A stretch of DNA of 58,224 nt, filler included, from Sphacelaria rigidula (taxonomy: Eukaryota): assembly GCA_964200075.2 (NCBI GenBank). It is 2 parts of 2 records of this genome, joined end to end, with 100 filler letters (N's around TTAATTAATTAA, not from the genome) between each part and the next. Parts side by side here need not be neighbours in the genome. Positions count along the whole stretch, not along the records: positions 1 to 29,111 come from CAXNAA020000089.1; 1 more part is not named here. One strand, 5' to 3'. Under the pieces are notes generated by a model, which saw only the letters and a program-made list of their open reading frames with translations, ran no database searches and had not been told where the DNA came from. Of this stretch, positions 13,700 to 25,599 are shown in pieces. The position numbers were made by a program, and so were the translations under genes. Numbering within the stretch: position 1 is the stretch's first letter; every line of letters starts with the position of its first letter.

Positions 13700-14755
13700 C
13701 CAGAATTTGGACCGGATCTAGTCAGCGGTACTGCAATCATGGATGATGCCTCCTTCACAACGAAAATAGGTGTACATAGTGGAATGCACGCAACATGCCC
13801 TTTATGAGCTGTTGCTTTGCCCGATTCAGGCTCGCCCCAAACGTTCATCACCGCCAGCAGCTGGCAACAAATGATCCACGCGGGGGCTACGGACGCACAT
13901 TGCGTTTCTACGGTTTCCCTTCGTGTTTTCGGCGGGTTTGGTGCTTCCACTTCACTTACGGTTGATCGTTCAGTAAGACTTAGTGTGCAATTTTTCGATG
14001 ACACGGGTCCGACTGCGCGATTATCCGTATGGGCTCTCATAGTGCCCGATGGTACCATGTCGGTTGATGTTTTACTGGGGCGTGATAGTTGGCTTCGGTT
14101 TTCCACTCATACATACACGTCAGACACACCTGTTTCGCACCATCCCAAGACTGACAGGTTGAAATTGGGATATCACGACACTGCTTCGGGGGCGCATGCC
14201 TATGTCGATGATCCAACACACACAGGTGGTGCTTTCCGACTGTACTACGTTGGCGAAAATGTAACCTCCTTATCCCTTGAACCCCAATCCATACATGTGA
14301 ACCTTGTGAGACGGAACGGATCCCCTGCCCTCACTGGGCAATACTTGGCCGAACTCATCAACCCCAATCAACCGGCTGATGATGTAAGTACCTTCGGTCA
14401 GACCGAAGTATTCGTCCACGAAGGTGGACAATCCATTCATCTCTCACGTTCTCTGCATGTTTCGATTTACTCCCAGGTCATCTGTTAGGTTTTGCTCAGG
14501 CGCCCCTCCTACGGACAGGCTTGTCAAACGTGTGTCTGGCAACCGAACGGAAAGTGCCACCAGACACCTCGATCAACGCGGACTCTCCGCCGTTCGACAA
14601 ACCTCGCCCGATGGCAGTGGACGATGCGTCTAACGCACCTGACCCAAACCCCCCAACTGTATTGCTAGATAGATTATCGCCAGAGCAACGTGTTAGTTTC
14701 CCGCGTTTATGGAACAATATCCCCCAACATTTGCGACATATTGCTTTCGATCTAT
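13700..14755 (+). pseudogene. Aspartic protease plus conserved PR-RT spacer of element B
   Basis: VALPDSGSPQTFI (DSG motif) ...GGFG...VRLSVQFFD...DVLLGRDSWLRF. In-frame stop at 13805-13807. Confidence 0.88.
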
Positions 14756-14998
14756 GACTAATGCCGAGATAGCCCCACCACAAACAGTGCACCGGCACCA
14801 TCCAACGAACCGGCTGCGATCCCACTATTGGGCTCGTTTGCAGCTATTTCGCCCAGAGGCGTGTAGCAGTCCGAAATCAGCTATAACGCTCAAATCAGTC
14901 GCGTCGTGCGGCACGAAACCAGCTTTAACGGCAGTTATGATCATCGCCTCCGTGCACGTTTTTGGCCAGTTTTGGGGGGGGCTATCTCGGCAGCGGTC
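14756..14998. mobile_element. MITE of a related GAC...GTC subfamily (243 bp), no TSD
   Basis: Imperfect TIRs gactaatgccgagatagccccacc / gggggggctatctcggcagcggtc, with the same GAC-N-gatagcccc layout as the GACAC family. The flanks CTAT and ACCT differ. Confidence 0.8.
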
Positions 14999-16401
14999 AC
15001 CTTGTGCCACATTGGGTCAACGCGCATCGCACGCCAGTCTCGCCTTGCTGTGTTTTTGTGTCTTTTTGTGACATATACACCTGCACGTTGCACTGCGGTA
15101 CGTTCCGCCTGCAAAACGCAACATCCCCTGGGGATTCAGTACAGCACGGTCACACGCCCAGCCATCCCTGGCTCGCGTATTTGGTCTTGTTGCCCCCTCT
15201 TATCTGACAGGACAAGTCTTCTACTACAGGGTTGTTACAGGACATCAGTGCACAGGGTGCACTGTTGCTCACAATCAACCGCTGTTCCTGACCTGAGCTC
15301 TTTGCCAAGTCAGCCATCTGCTGCTTTCATATTTCAGTATCGAGTGTACACATCTTTTGTTCTCGGGTCGCTGAGTAACACAACCCGTGCTCCCAAAGAG
15401 GTGACCAGGGACATCTGTACACGCGATTTGTAACCGTTCTGGCACCTTCGCTGTATCGCGATCGACGTCATTCGTACCTACTTTGTTGTTGTTGTCTTCT
15501 TCTGGTGTACTTCGCACAGCTGTAGAGCAGTGCTGTACATCACCGTGGTAAGTAACAATACACATCACAATGAACTATGAGGTTTTTTCTCATCGACCCC
15601 CTCTCGGCCAAATACTAGTTAATTGTTCCGAGAAAGATTCGTCGCGATAATACTCGTTTGTAACCTTTCAGACCTACGTCACGTGCTCACTTGGAGCAGA
15701 CGGCACTCGAAACCAGTGCCCCTTGCCTGTGCACTATTTTTTTTCGGCACCCGCCCTCAGCGTTGCCCCTGCTGCGCACAACTTCAACTTTGTTTTATAT
15801 ACGTATGTTGTCCCAACTCCGTTGTGTAACAAGCTTTCGCCCTGCATTACGCAGTCCGATCTTGCGGCCTACATCCCAAGCTGTGTAGAAGCTTTTGTGC
15901 TGCCCTACGCCGCACGATCTTTCGGTGCTCATCTAAAATTTTCACTGAACACTGCCAGTCGTTTCTCAGCTTGTCTCGGGATGATACAGGTATAGTTTGT
16001 CCTTGACGTCACAACCGGAACACGTGTGAGTTGTGCTACTTTCACGTACCAACGCTGCTACAGACAATTGGATTTTCGCCTTTCCGTTGCCGTACGTCTG
16101 TTCTGTGCGCAATCCCGAGCTTCCGTTGATAGCTCTTACCGCCACAACTTAAATAGTTGTATTGATCAGACCTCCGACATTGTTGTTACATATGCAGCGA
16201 TTAGCTTGGAAAATAATTCTCGAGTTCATCAGGTTCCCAAGGTTCCTCCAGGCGCTATTAGGCTTCATTATCCCGTATTTCCGGATACAAGCTTCGTCCG
16301 TTGCACTTAGCATTTCCTTGTGTCAAGCTCCGTTGATTGGAGCCCGACGACCAGACACACTGCTCCTGCCGTTTCAAGCACACAAGTTGCGTACGACTAT
16401 C

Positions 16402-19400
16402 ATGTCGCACAGAAATAACGCTGGCTCTTCCCCTCAATTGGGAAACCAATCGCTTCGTCGGACACGAAGTCAAACCACTGGTGCTTCGAAATATTTTGAT
16501 AAGAGTGTCACGTCACCTTTAACTCTTCGACGCACGTATGCGAGCGCTGCTCGATCTTCGGGATCTGAAGACCAACCTTCGAGCGATGCTCGTTCTTCGA
16601 GGCTTGAAGGAAAGACTATGACGCCGCGACTTGTTCTGTCACGTACCGATTCGCACTCAGAGAACCGGCTTGTGCCACCGGCTGAGTCATTGGCTCCTGA
16701 CGAACATGTCAGTAAACCCATAACGGTGGATTCCGTAGCACCTTCCTCGCTGCGGCCTGTTCTTCCGAACCCCGATGTGGACTCCGAAGCCAGGATAGTG
16801 CCCCCAGCTGAGTCGTTGCCTCCGGACACACGTGTTCAGCTTGGCCCTGTAACGGTTGCTTCAACCGTGGCACCCCGTCGCATGACGGTTGACAACTCTC
16901 GAGACGATTCTGTCCCGACGAAGCATATCGCTTTTGGAGCAAGAGACTTTGTCACGCCGACTTCTTCCGTTACGGACCTCCATCGCACGACTCTCGACTG
17001 TCCCGTGCCCCCAATGCGCAGTCCAATGTCGGACCAGCAGTCGCGGCCATGCATTCTGCCCTGCAGACTCTGCATCGCACTTCATCGGCGTCGGCGCACT
17101 CGCCAGCCTCAGCTCTCATCGAGGCATTTACGGCTTTTTGCCAGGCCACGCTCCAAGACCAATCGGCGTCTGCTCACGTGCAATTCAACGATGATTCTGC
17201 ACCTGCCACGCCCAAATCCGTACGTTCGGCGCCCCGATCGGCGACATCGCGTCCTTCGTTCGTCACTCACGAAATATTCAACGAACATGAGTCTAACCCC
17301 TCCTCGACGTCAAACCAGAGTCTTGCTCGCGCTCCTGACCGGCGCCGCACACCGACAGTTGGTCACGACCACGTTACCCGTGCTGGCAGTTCCAGGGACA
17401 ACTCCCAGCGAAGCTTGAATACGTCGCGCATTTACACACGCCCGAAGAATGTCGCTCATGGTCACACATATGACGGTAGTTCACAACACAGTTCCAATTC
17501 ATCGCGCGCTTCGAAGCGCCCGATGAATGCCAACCGTGACCGTACTCACGAAGATGATTCGCGGCACAGATCAAGTTAATCGCGCGTTCACTCGCGCTCG
17601 AAGAACACCGATCATGCAACCGCGCGCACCCCTCCTGCTCCACATCTGTCATGCCGCCGTCATTTACGCAACGATAACACTGTACATGTTGACGGTGTCC
17701 AAACTATATTTTCGGATACGTCACCGGCTCTGGAATCCTCAATTGAGGGATCCGGCCGCACTTCATCACAAAACCGACGACCCCGTAATGACCGCGACCC
17801 ACCGTCTCGCTCTGACGCTGCGGTTATTCGTTTTCTTCAACAACGATTGATAGACCTCGAGCGACAACTATCAATAATGGAGAACTCAAGATCCACTGCC
17901 GCTGCCGCCAAGACTACGGCGGAGACCACCGGCGATACTGCAGCTACTGCTGCCGCCACAACCGCCGCTGCCGCCGCCGCTACCTTGGCCACTGCGCCTT
18001 TTGCCGCCCCCTCGACAGCCCCAACACCCGCTGCCGCCCCGTCTGCAGTCGATACTGACGCAGATAGTGCTCCAACCACTGGCCCGGTCGCGGATGCCCC
18101 CGTGCGCTCGCCCCCGTCTGTGGAGGATCTCCCTCCGCTCGGCGACGAGCAGTGCCCTACCGGCCTTCTATTGAGGCTGTTCAGGGACCGCCCTCCTGCG
18201 GAACAACTGGAACTCATTGATGATTATGCCTCGCATGCGCCGGCGCTGGCACAGGGCGTCCTCGAGAACCAAAGGGAGGCCGACGCCGCTGCGGCACGCG
18301 TTCTAGCCGAAGGACACGCTGCCAAGCTTCAAGACCTCCAGCGCCAGGCTACACGTGCTCAGACGAACAATTCCGCGGCTCAACGCACTCTACAGGAAGG
18401 CCACACTGATGCGTTGGCAGCTCGAAAGCGCGTCAAGGATCTCGAGGATCATGTCCGCAGAACTGCCCATGACGCGGCCACGTCGGTGGCCCGCCTCTCA
18501 AACCATCCGGCATCTCCGCCGCCCATCGATAACACGTCCGGTGGTCGCTCTTCCCGCCAGCCAACGACCGATACGTCTACTTACGTGATTCCACGTAAGA
18601 CCGACTACACGTCGTATGCTGCGGCCGCTGCCGTCCCCACGACGGCCCCGACACGCCCGCCTCGTGCACCTAGGTCGGCGGCCGATGCCCGCCTGACGCC
18701 AGGTCTGCAACTGGCGCCTCACGAACGAGTGTTACTTTCTCGTTCCGCGGCCGTTCATACCGGTCCGTTCCACAGAAGCAACCACCTCCACTGCTCCCGC
18801 GAGGCCTGGAACTTGATTTCGCAACGCATGCTCTACGCTATTGGTGTTTACGTGGAGCAGGGCGGCTTCCTCCCCGACGAAGGCGTATCGGCACTCACCT
18901 TGGGCCAACTGGTCCTCCAAATGGCTATCGGCGATCACCCGGATCACCAGCGTTACGTCCGCGTTGTCACCGATCATTTTGCGGCGCTACGTGCCGCTTA
19001 CAAACCTGATCCCGGCGCCACCATCACCAACAATGACCAAGATGAAGATGGGTGGACTCCTGCAAGTGCCAAGTGCAGGGGACATAAGAAGAACCACCGG
19101 AGGGATGATGACAACGATGAAGGAGGCTGACGTCGCCGCCACGGCGGTGGAGGATCCTCTTCGGGCGACACTGGATCGACCCGCCCGGCTCGCAATACCC
19201 GCGCAACAAAACCGGGGGTAATTCTTCCGGAACTTCCGCGACAGGCTGGAACCTGTCTGGTACAGACCTGCCTCCCTCCGGTCCGGCGACACCAAGGCAA
19301 GTGATCCCTAATTTGGCTGATATTTCAACCCGCATTTTAGGTTTATCCGATACGGACACACTTGACCGTCCATTGTCTTCTACTGCAGCCCGCGCTTTAG

Positions 19401-21101
19401 CAACCGCTGCGACTGACAAAGAACGTTCCGAACCTAGTAAAATGGCAGCTTCCGATAGAGCCGATTCTGCCCGAGTAGCTGCAATACAGGGACAGTATAT
19501 CCAGATGGATGTGAAAAGCTTTGGCACATTAAAACCATGCCTGCTGCGGATAACGAAGATTCCGCCCAGTTTACTTCTGCCCTCATCACGTCCATTCGCC
19601 GGACTGTTTGTAACATCCTTCACTTGGCGGATGCAACTGGCACACAACTTTTCGAAGATTCCGATTGGGTAGAGGGCTGGCAGACTCCCTTGCATAAAGC
19701 ATTGCCTCGATCCATCAACCGCCGCTCTCCCGACATCGCTGCTTCTTTAGCACAGATCCTCGATGGATTCCACGCCGAAATGGATCCGGATCGTGCCAAG
19801 GGGAAGACAGGCCGACACTTCCTACGATATCCCCCCCCCCCAGAAGTGCATGGTTTTGGGAGGCAAAATCTTCACGTAAATCGAAATGAGAACAGCCGAA
19901 CACAACGAGCAGCCGGAAATTCCCACGCTTGGGTTCGTTCCAGCCAATGTCGTCAATATGAGGCGCTTCATGCAGCCTGAACCCAAACATCGGGCGCCGT
20001 ATGGTCATTTGTTTCGTGACACTTTTGGGCTGGTTTTGCGGGGGGGCTATTGTGGAAAGTGTCGGCCCGGTATTACTCTCTGATTTGGAGAGGCGTTTGG
20101 TAGGTTATTTTGATAAACGTGACCAGGCCAGCGCCATCCAGAGACTGTTTATTTTGCTGTTGCATCGGATGTCCCCCTCGCGGACTATCTCTGTGAATTT
20201 AAGCTTTTGGTTTCTGATACTACGGGTGTCGGGCGCCAAAACGGACCGAGCGATGCAATGTGTCAGACTTACGTTCGCAATAGCGTTGCTCAACAGTATC
20301 CGGCTCTAATGCCGTCGTTGTTTTCGGGTGTCTTGGCGCATCGCGAGATGCCTTAAGCCTTTATTGATGTGTGGTCTGCTTTTGTACACCGAGAGGGTAA
20401 TCTAACGCCCGCCATACGTGGCAACCCTTTTACGTCTGTGCGTTTACAACCTACGGTTGTGTCCTCCGCTCATGCCCAAGGGGCTCGCGGCAGAAATTCG
20501 AGCTCATCTCGCGCCTGATGGACCCCCGATTCGGTCACCGGTTCAGTTATTCATGTTCAGAGTACCAGAGATGCATTCAGCGCGGGTTTTGATGGTTGGC
20601 CGTTTTCCCAGGAAACGTGGGATGATGTTTACTTGACTTCAACAACGGCATTCATTACCGACGACCCCCATTTGTGGAACCCACTTATTTCGTCTTCCGC
20701 TAGACGCAATGCCTCCAGCAGTCATGCCAACAGTTGCATCAACTGCAGTGTTCAAGGCCACAGTATGCACGACTACGACAGTCCATGCATTAATGCCTTT
20801 TGATCTCATGAACCCTGAATTGTAGGACAATGAACCCGCGTGGCGACGATGGCAAAAACGCATGCGCGACTATCGCCCACCTAATCGAAATTACCGCAAC
20901 AATTCGAATCAACGTGGCAACAAAAGCTCTAATCGCGATCGCCGACAAAACAAAAAACATGCAAGCCCTCGCCAGAACGATCAACATTTTCGCGACAACA
21001 AACGTTCCGCTGATAGACACCAGCGGACGGGACCGACACAAAGCTCGAATCCCAACACCAGAAACCCTGGTACCTTCACTACGGATCGCCTAGATCCATG
21101 A
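16402..21101 (+). pseudogene. gag: Large gag-like region of element C (fragmented)
   Basis: ORFs 16162-17418, 17847-19130 (Ala-rich and coiled-coil), and 19537-20309 (joined after MITE removal). Knuckle remnant CINCSVQGHSMHDY at 20735-20776, then an N/R-rich tail. Confidence 0.72.
19814..20063. mobile_element. MITE, GACAC family copy 3 (250 bp), 4-bp TSD GGCC
   Basis: TIRs gacacttcctacgatatcccccc / ggggggctattgtggaaagtgtc. GGCC occurs at 19810-19813 and 20064-20067. Removal restores the frame KGKTGPVLLSDLERRL. Confidence 0.95.
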
Positions 21102-21158
21102 CGTGCCGATGCCGGCGTTCTTCGGTCTTCCACGCCGCCGGCAACACGAGCGAAGACT

Positions 21159-21381
21159 TTCTCAATACAGCCCGCAGAGTACGTGACTAAGATTGCTCAT
21201 CCGACCCCCCCGGCATTATCCAGGAGCGGAAGTGACGGCCGTTCATATCGGCCCCCGTCTCCAACTTCCACACAATTTTCAACACAGCCCGCAGAGCCCG
21301 CGACTAAAATTGTTCGCCCGGCTCCCCCGGCACTATGCCGGAGCGCAACTGACGGCCGTTCATATCGACCCCCGTCTTCAC
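21159..21381 (+). repeat. Two tandem copies of a 117-bp (39-codon) unit in the gag-pol linker
   Basis: cagcccgcagag occurs at 21168 and 21285. Peptides TKIAHPTPPALSRSGSDGRSYRPPS and TKIVRPAPPALCRSATDGRSYRPPS. Confidence 0.9.
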
Positions 21382-22239
21382 CCCCCCATACATCGCGTAT
21401 CAGTTGTGTCACCCCGCGACTCAGACCTACACCCGGCTTTGAACTTAGTCCTTCGGTGCCGAGTATAATTTTGAGGTGTGGGAAGACCAACCGCCAGTCT
21501 CTGAGGCAAAGGCTTCCCTCAGCGACCGCACGCACAGGTAGTAGCAAGCCTTCTTCAGCTGACCCGAGTGTTGTTGATTTGTACATGACCACATCGGATC
21601 ATGTAATTTCCAGTCAGTTGGATCGAGCTCCTTCCCCGCGATTTTCAACACGCACGGACCTACCTTCGGCCGGTTCTGATAACAACAGCTCCAACATATC
21701 TTCGGCTATGACCCAACAGCCAAGCTTACCTACGGAAAGCAGCCCACAGGTTTCGCTCCGTTATGCCCCGATGTTGATCCCCATCCATGCAACTGGACGC
21801 AGTTGTGGTTTCATCCCAAAACGTTTTGGAAGTTCCCCGACCTTGGTCAAGGCGAAAGAGAAAGCCCCGTAAGCATGCCCTCACGGACGCGCGCGCATCA
21901 TCACGTACATCTCTTTCGAGCGGAAATTATCGACCTCAATCTCTCCAAAATGCGATGACTTTGAGTTAGACGACTCTATCAAGTATTCCGGAAGAAACAA
22001 ACTCACATAATTCTGACGGCACTACTTCCTCAATCGACGACTCCGGCCCCGCACAATCTGGATCCCCCTTGGACGGTGATCCCTGTCAACCAAAGACGAT
22101 CATTTACGAAATCGCGAATAGTCACTCTGACCGTGTCGCACCTGGAAATTATATACCGTCCATCCCCTTCTCTGGTGAGAAATCTGACCCACCGGCGGCG
22201 CCGTGCGTCTTTGCTGTCAGTCCCGCTGATCCTGACCAA

Positions 22240-22659
22240 CTTACCTTGCCGGAACACGGTCCGGATCTTGTCGTTGGTAAAGTTTCTGTAGATCCGGCCA
22301 CTTTCACTACACGCGTTGCGATCCATTCCGGTCCAAACGCTATCACGCCTACGAAATGCGTATCCTTGCTGTACAGCGGCAGCCCGGAAACATATATTCG
22401 TGAATCAACATGGAAACACATGAAACAGACTGGCGCTGCTACTGCAGCTGGCGAAACAACCACCCAACCTCGAGTTTGGGGCGGTTTCGGTGATTCTGCC
22501 GCACCACTGACGACACGTAAATCCGTACGTCTTAGTGTGCAATTCTTTGACAACACCACTCGATCTGCCAGCCTGGCAGTCTGGGCATACATTTTCCCCG
22601 ACAGCACAATGCATCACGTCATATTATTGGACAGAGATAGCTATATGCGGTTTAATTAA
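22240..22659 (+). pseudogene. Aspartic protease of element C (catalytic Asp mutated to Tyr)
   Basis: CVSLLYSGSPETYI...GGFG...VRLSVQFFD...ILLDRDSYMRF, colinear with the element B protease. Confidence 0.88.
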
Positions 22660-23257
22660 CTACCTACAGCACGCTTCCACCACTAGCGCCACATTCCACG
22701 TCTCGTGGAGAATTCAACCTCGAGCACTTTGGTGCTCTCCACGCCGCCCCGGCCTACAAGAGGAAGACTCAAGCAACTGGAGCTGCTCACCACCTACGGT
22801 ACAAGGGTAGCGTTGGTATTACACTCTCCGACGACCCCCAACTTCTAGAAGTTGCACTAGTTCGCCGAAATGGCAAGCCAGCACTTACGGGTCATTATCT
22901 TACCGGAATGTTACCCCGTATTGGTGCACCAGCCGACACAGAATATTTTGTGTCGGCGGGACAACAACTCCTCCCTCTTGCGGGTCATGCTAACTTGGAA
23001 CCCCGCGATGTCTTAGGAATCGCCGCTGCTCCCCTGATGCACACCCCACTCGAGACGTGCGTAACAGAGTCTGCCGCGCCAAACGCTACATCTCCGGCGG
23101 AGTCAGTCCATTGTGTCGATGAAATCTATTTCGACCTCGCCTCTTCGACTCCACCCCAGGTCCACACCGTGGATCCTGCCCAGTCAAATTCCAATCCTCC
23201 TGCTGAAGTGCTTCAACACTTATCACCAGATTCTCGGAATATTTCCTCGCACATGTG

Positions 23258-23515
23258 CACACGTCGGACAGATCATGATCTGCCTGAAACAACCAATCAA
23301 AGAAGACTCTTGGATCTGTTGGCCTAAAAACACAGAATATGTGACCCCGAGCTCAGGAAAGCCGAAGCGCAACCCTTGCGCTACTCGGCGTGCTCGGCGT
23401 CCGGCGCTGTAAGGAGAAAACATGGAAAAGGGGGGCCGAATGATCCGGATCATGATCCGGATCAGCATACTGACAAGAAGTAATATCAGACGGATCACGA
23501 TCTGTCCGACGTGTG
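23258..23515. mobile_element. hAT-like MITE (258 bp) with 8-bp TSD CACATGTG
   Basis: TIRs cacacgtcggacagatcatgatc / gatcacgatctgtccgacgtgtg. CACATGTG occurs at 23250-23257 and 23516-23523. CA...TG ends with an 8-bp TSD are typical of hAT. Confidence 0.9.
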
Positions 23516-23523
23516 CACATGTG

Positions 23524-25032
23524 GAACCAACCCGCCGCCATACATGCGCGACATCAATTTTGACCTTCATGGGCCCGGCTGGGAACCAGCAGTCATCCGA
23601 GAACGCAGTGATGTCCTGCTACAATACCAAGACCGATTTCCCCGATCCAAGACGGATCTTGGGCATTGCAAAACGCTGCCCTTTGAGGTTACCCTCCAAC
23701 CCGGCGTCTCGCCGATTTCTTCTCGGCCATACAGAACAAATCCAATCCTTACCAAGAAAGTTGACGCCATCTTGGATGCGTATTTGGGAGCGGGATTAAT
23801 ACAACATTCCTCATCTCCTTCGGCCTTGCCCCTTGTGGCCGTCCCCAACAAGGATGGAAACATACGCGTAACCGTGAATTACCAACGTTTGAACCGCGTC
23901 ACGGTGGTCGGTAAACTTCCAATTCCCCGCATTGACGAAGTCTTCGACTCCTCAGGCGAAGGAAAAATATTCAGCACCTTCGACCTCGCTTCTGGATTTT
24001 TACAGAATGTTATACACCCTGACACAGTCCCATTGACGGCTTTTTGTACCTCGTCCGGACTCTATGAGTGGCTTCGAATGCCACAAGGCACCGCCCCGGG
24101 ATGCTTTCAACGCTTAATGCAGCGCGTCATCGAGGGCCTCGAGCAGATCATGTACCTGGATAACGCTCTCGCTTTAGATGCCTCACCTATTGAACATATC
24201 CGCACTCCACGAGAATTTCTCTCTCGCCTACGCACGCACGATTTGAAACTGTCTCCATCCAAAGCTCGCCTTGGTGTGACTGACTTGGATTTCATGGGGC
24301 ATTCCATTTCGCCAGCAGGCCTGCATCCGGGTACAAAAAAAGTCAAGGCGATGACTGACTTGCCGATGCCAAGTAGCATTTCTCAACTTCGCCCATTTGT
24401 TGGGCGGACTATCCTACTACCGCAATTTTTTGCCGAATATATCTAAACAGGTCCACCCCCTTACTGAGTTACTCAAGAAAGGAGTCGTGTTTTCCTTCAC
24501 AACCGATATGGAGAATATCACCCGCGAACTACTCAAGACGCTTACCGGAAAGCCGGTACTCTGCTTTCCTGATTGGGAGGCAGTACGAGATGGCTTCCGC
24601 CTTTTCCAACTCCACACTGACGCCAGCACAAACGGATTTGGAGGATTTTTTAATCAACCTCAGGTTGATGGCTCCGTCCGACCCATCCTCTATATCAGTC
24701 GCGCTACCCTGCCCAACGAGGCCAATCGGAGCCCGCTAGAACTGGAAGGCGGAGTAATCACTTGGGCCATTAAGTGCCTTCGACAATATCTGTTTCACAT
24801 GCCCTTTGAGATCTATATGGATCACGGAGTACTCGAACAACTCGCCAAGGTTGGCGAACACAACCCGCGTGTACAACGATGGTTGGAGTTTCTAACAGCA
24901 TATCAGTATACCATTAAGCACCGTCTAGTCAAAACCAACGGGAACGCTGATCTTCCTTCCCGCCTACCCCTGCCGCCTACGGCCGCAGATTCCAGCCCGG
25001 CTTGCCGGTTAAAGGAACCCGATAAGCCTTGA
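23524..25032 (+). pseudogene. pol: Reverse transcriptase and RNase H of element C
   Basis: RPYRTNP...RVTVNYQRLN...PIPRIDE...FSTFDLASGF...YEWLRMPQG...YLDN (YxDD mutated); frameshift near 24397; RNase H motifs LHTDAS...LELE...IYMDH...NADLPSR. Confidence 0.95.
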
Positions 25033-25599
25033 ATTTACGCTATTAGACGTTTTTCAACACCCATTCACGCCCTCGACCTCCAGTGCCCGGAAACCGGTAT
25101 GCATATGGGAGGACCTCGCCCTCTAACATATGACGCCGTCTTGGTTGGGTCAAAGCCGACTACCTCCGATTTTGTCGATTTCCACACTTTCGGTAATCGC
25201 GCGAAGCTCTTCGCGGAGACACCTCCAGTCACCCACCTAATCTCCGACAACACACGCTCCCGGTCTGCCGCCCGCACCAGTCTAAGTGCCCCGCCGCCAC
25301 CGATAACACCTGCAAATTCCACGAGCCACGCAGCACATGTTCCACGGTCCAACAGACAACGCTTCGCGAAAACTCCTGCAACGTGCACCACGCGCCACGG
25401 ACAATCTCCACCGCGCACTGATACAGCCCCGCCGCCCGCACCGGCGCCGCAAACACCTACTGCTCCCGAGCACGGAACTGACGACTTAGCTCCTGCTCCC
25501 GGGACAGATATTGACGTCGGCATTTCTGCCCCGTCGCCTATTCCCCCGCCGCCTGCCCTACCATATTTGGCCGGCTCGCCAGTGGAAGGTCATCTACGC

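Larger units (their letters stand above)
8465..14755 (+). mobile_element. Degenerate Ty3/Gypsy element B (gag, protease, PR-RT spacer; truncated at RT start)
   Basis: Long gag-like ORFs 9266-9724 and 9785-11506; degenerate knuckle CLNCG...HSTRNC near 11608-11702; protease at 13817; ends at LWNNIPQHLRHIAFDL, homologous to the pre-RT region of element C. Left boundary approximate. Confidence 0.8.

Noticed and set aside
15000-16190. 5' LTR and PBS of element C (TGTAAC...GTTACA)
   Set aside because: No matching copy after the PPT-like tract at 28345-28381 and no convincing tRNA-complementary PBS.
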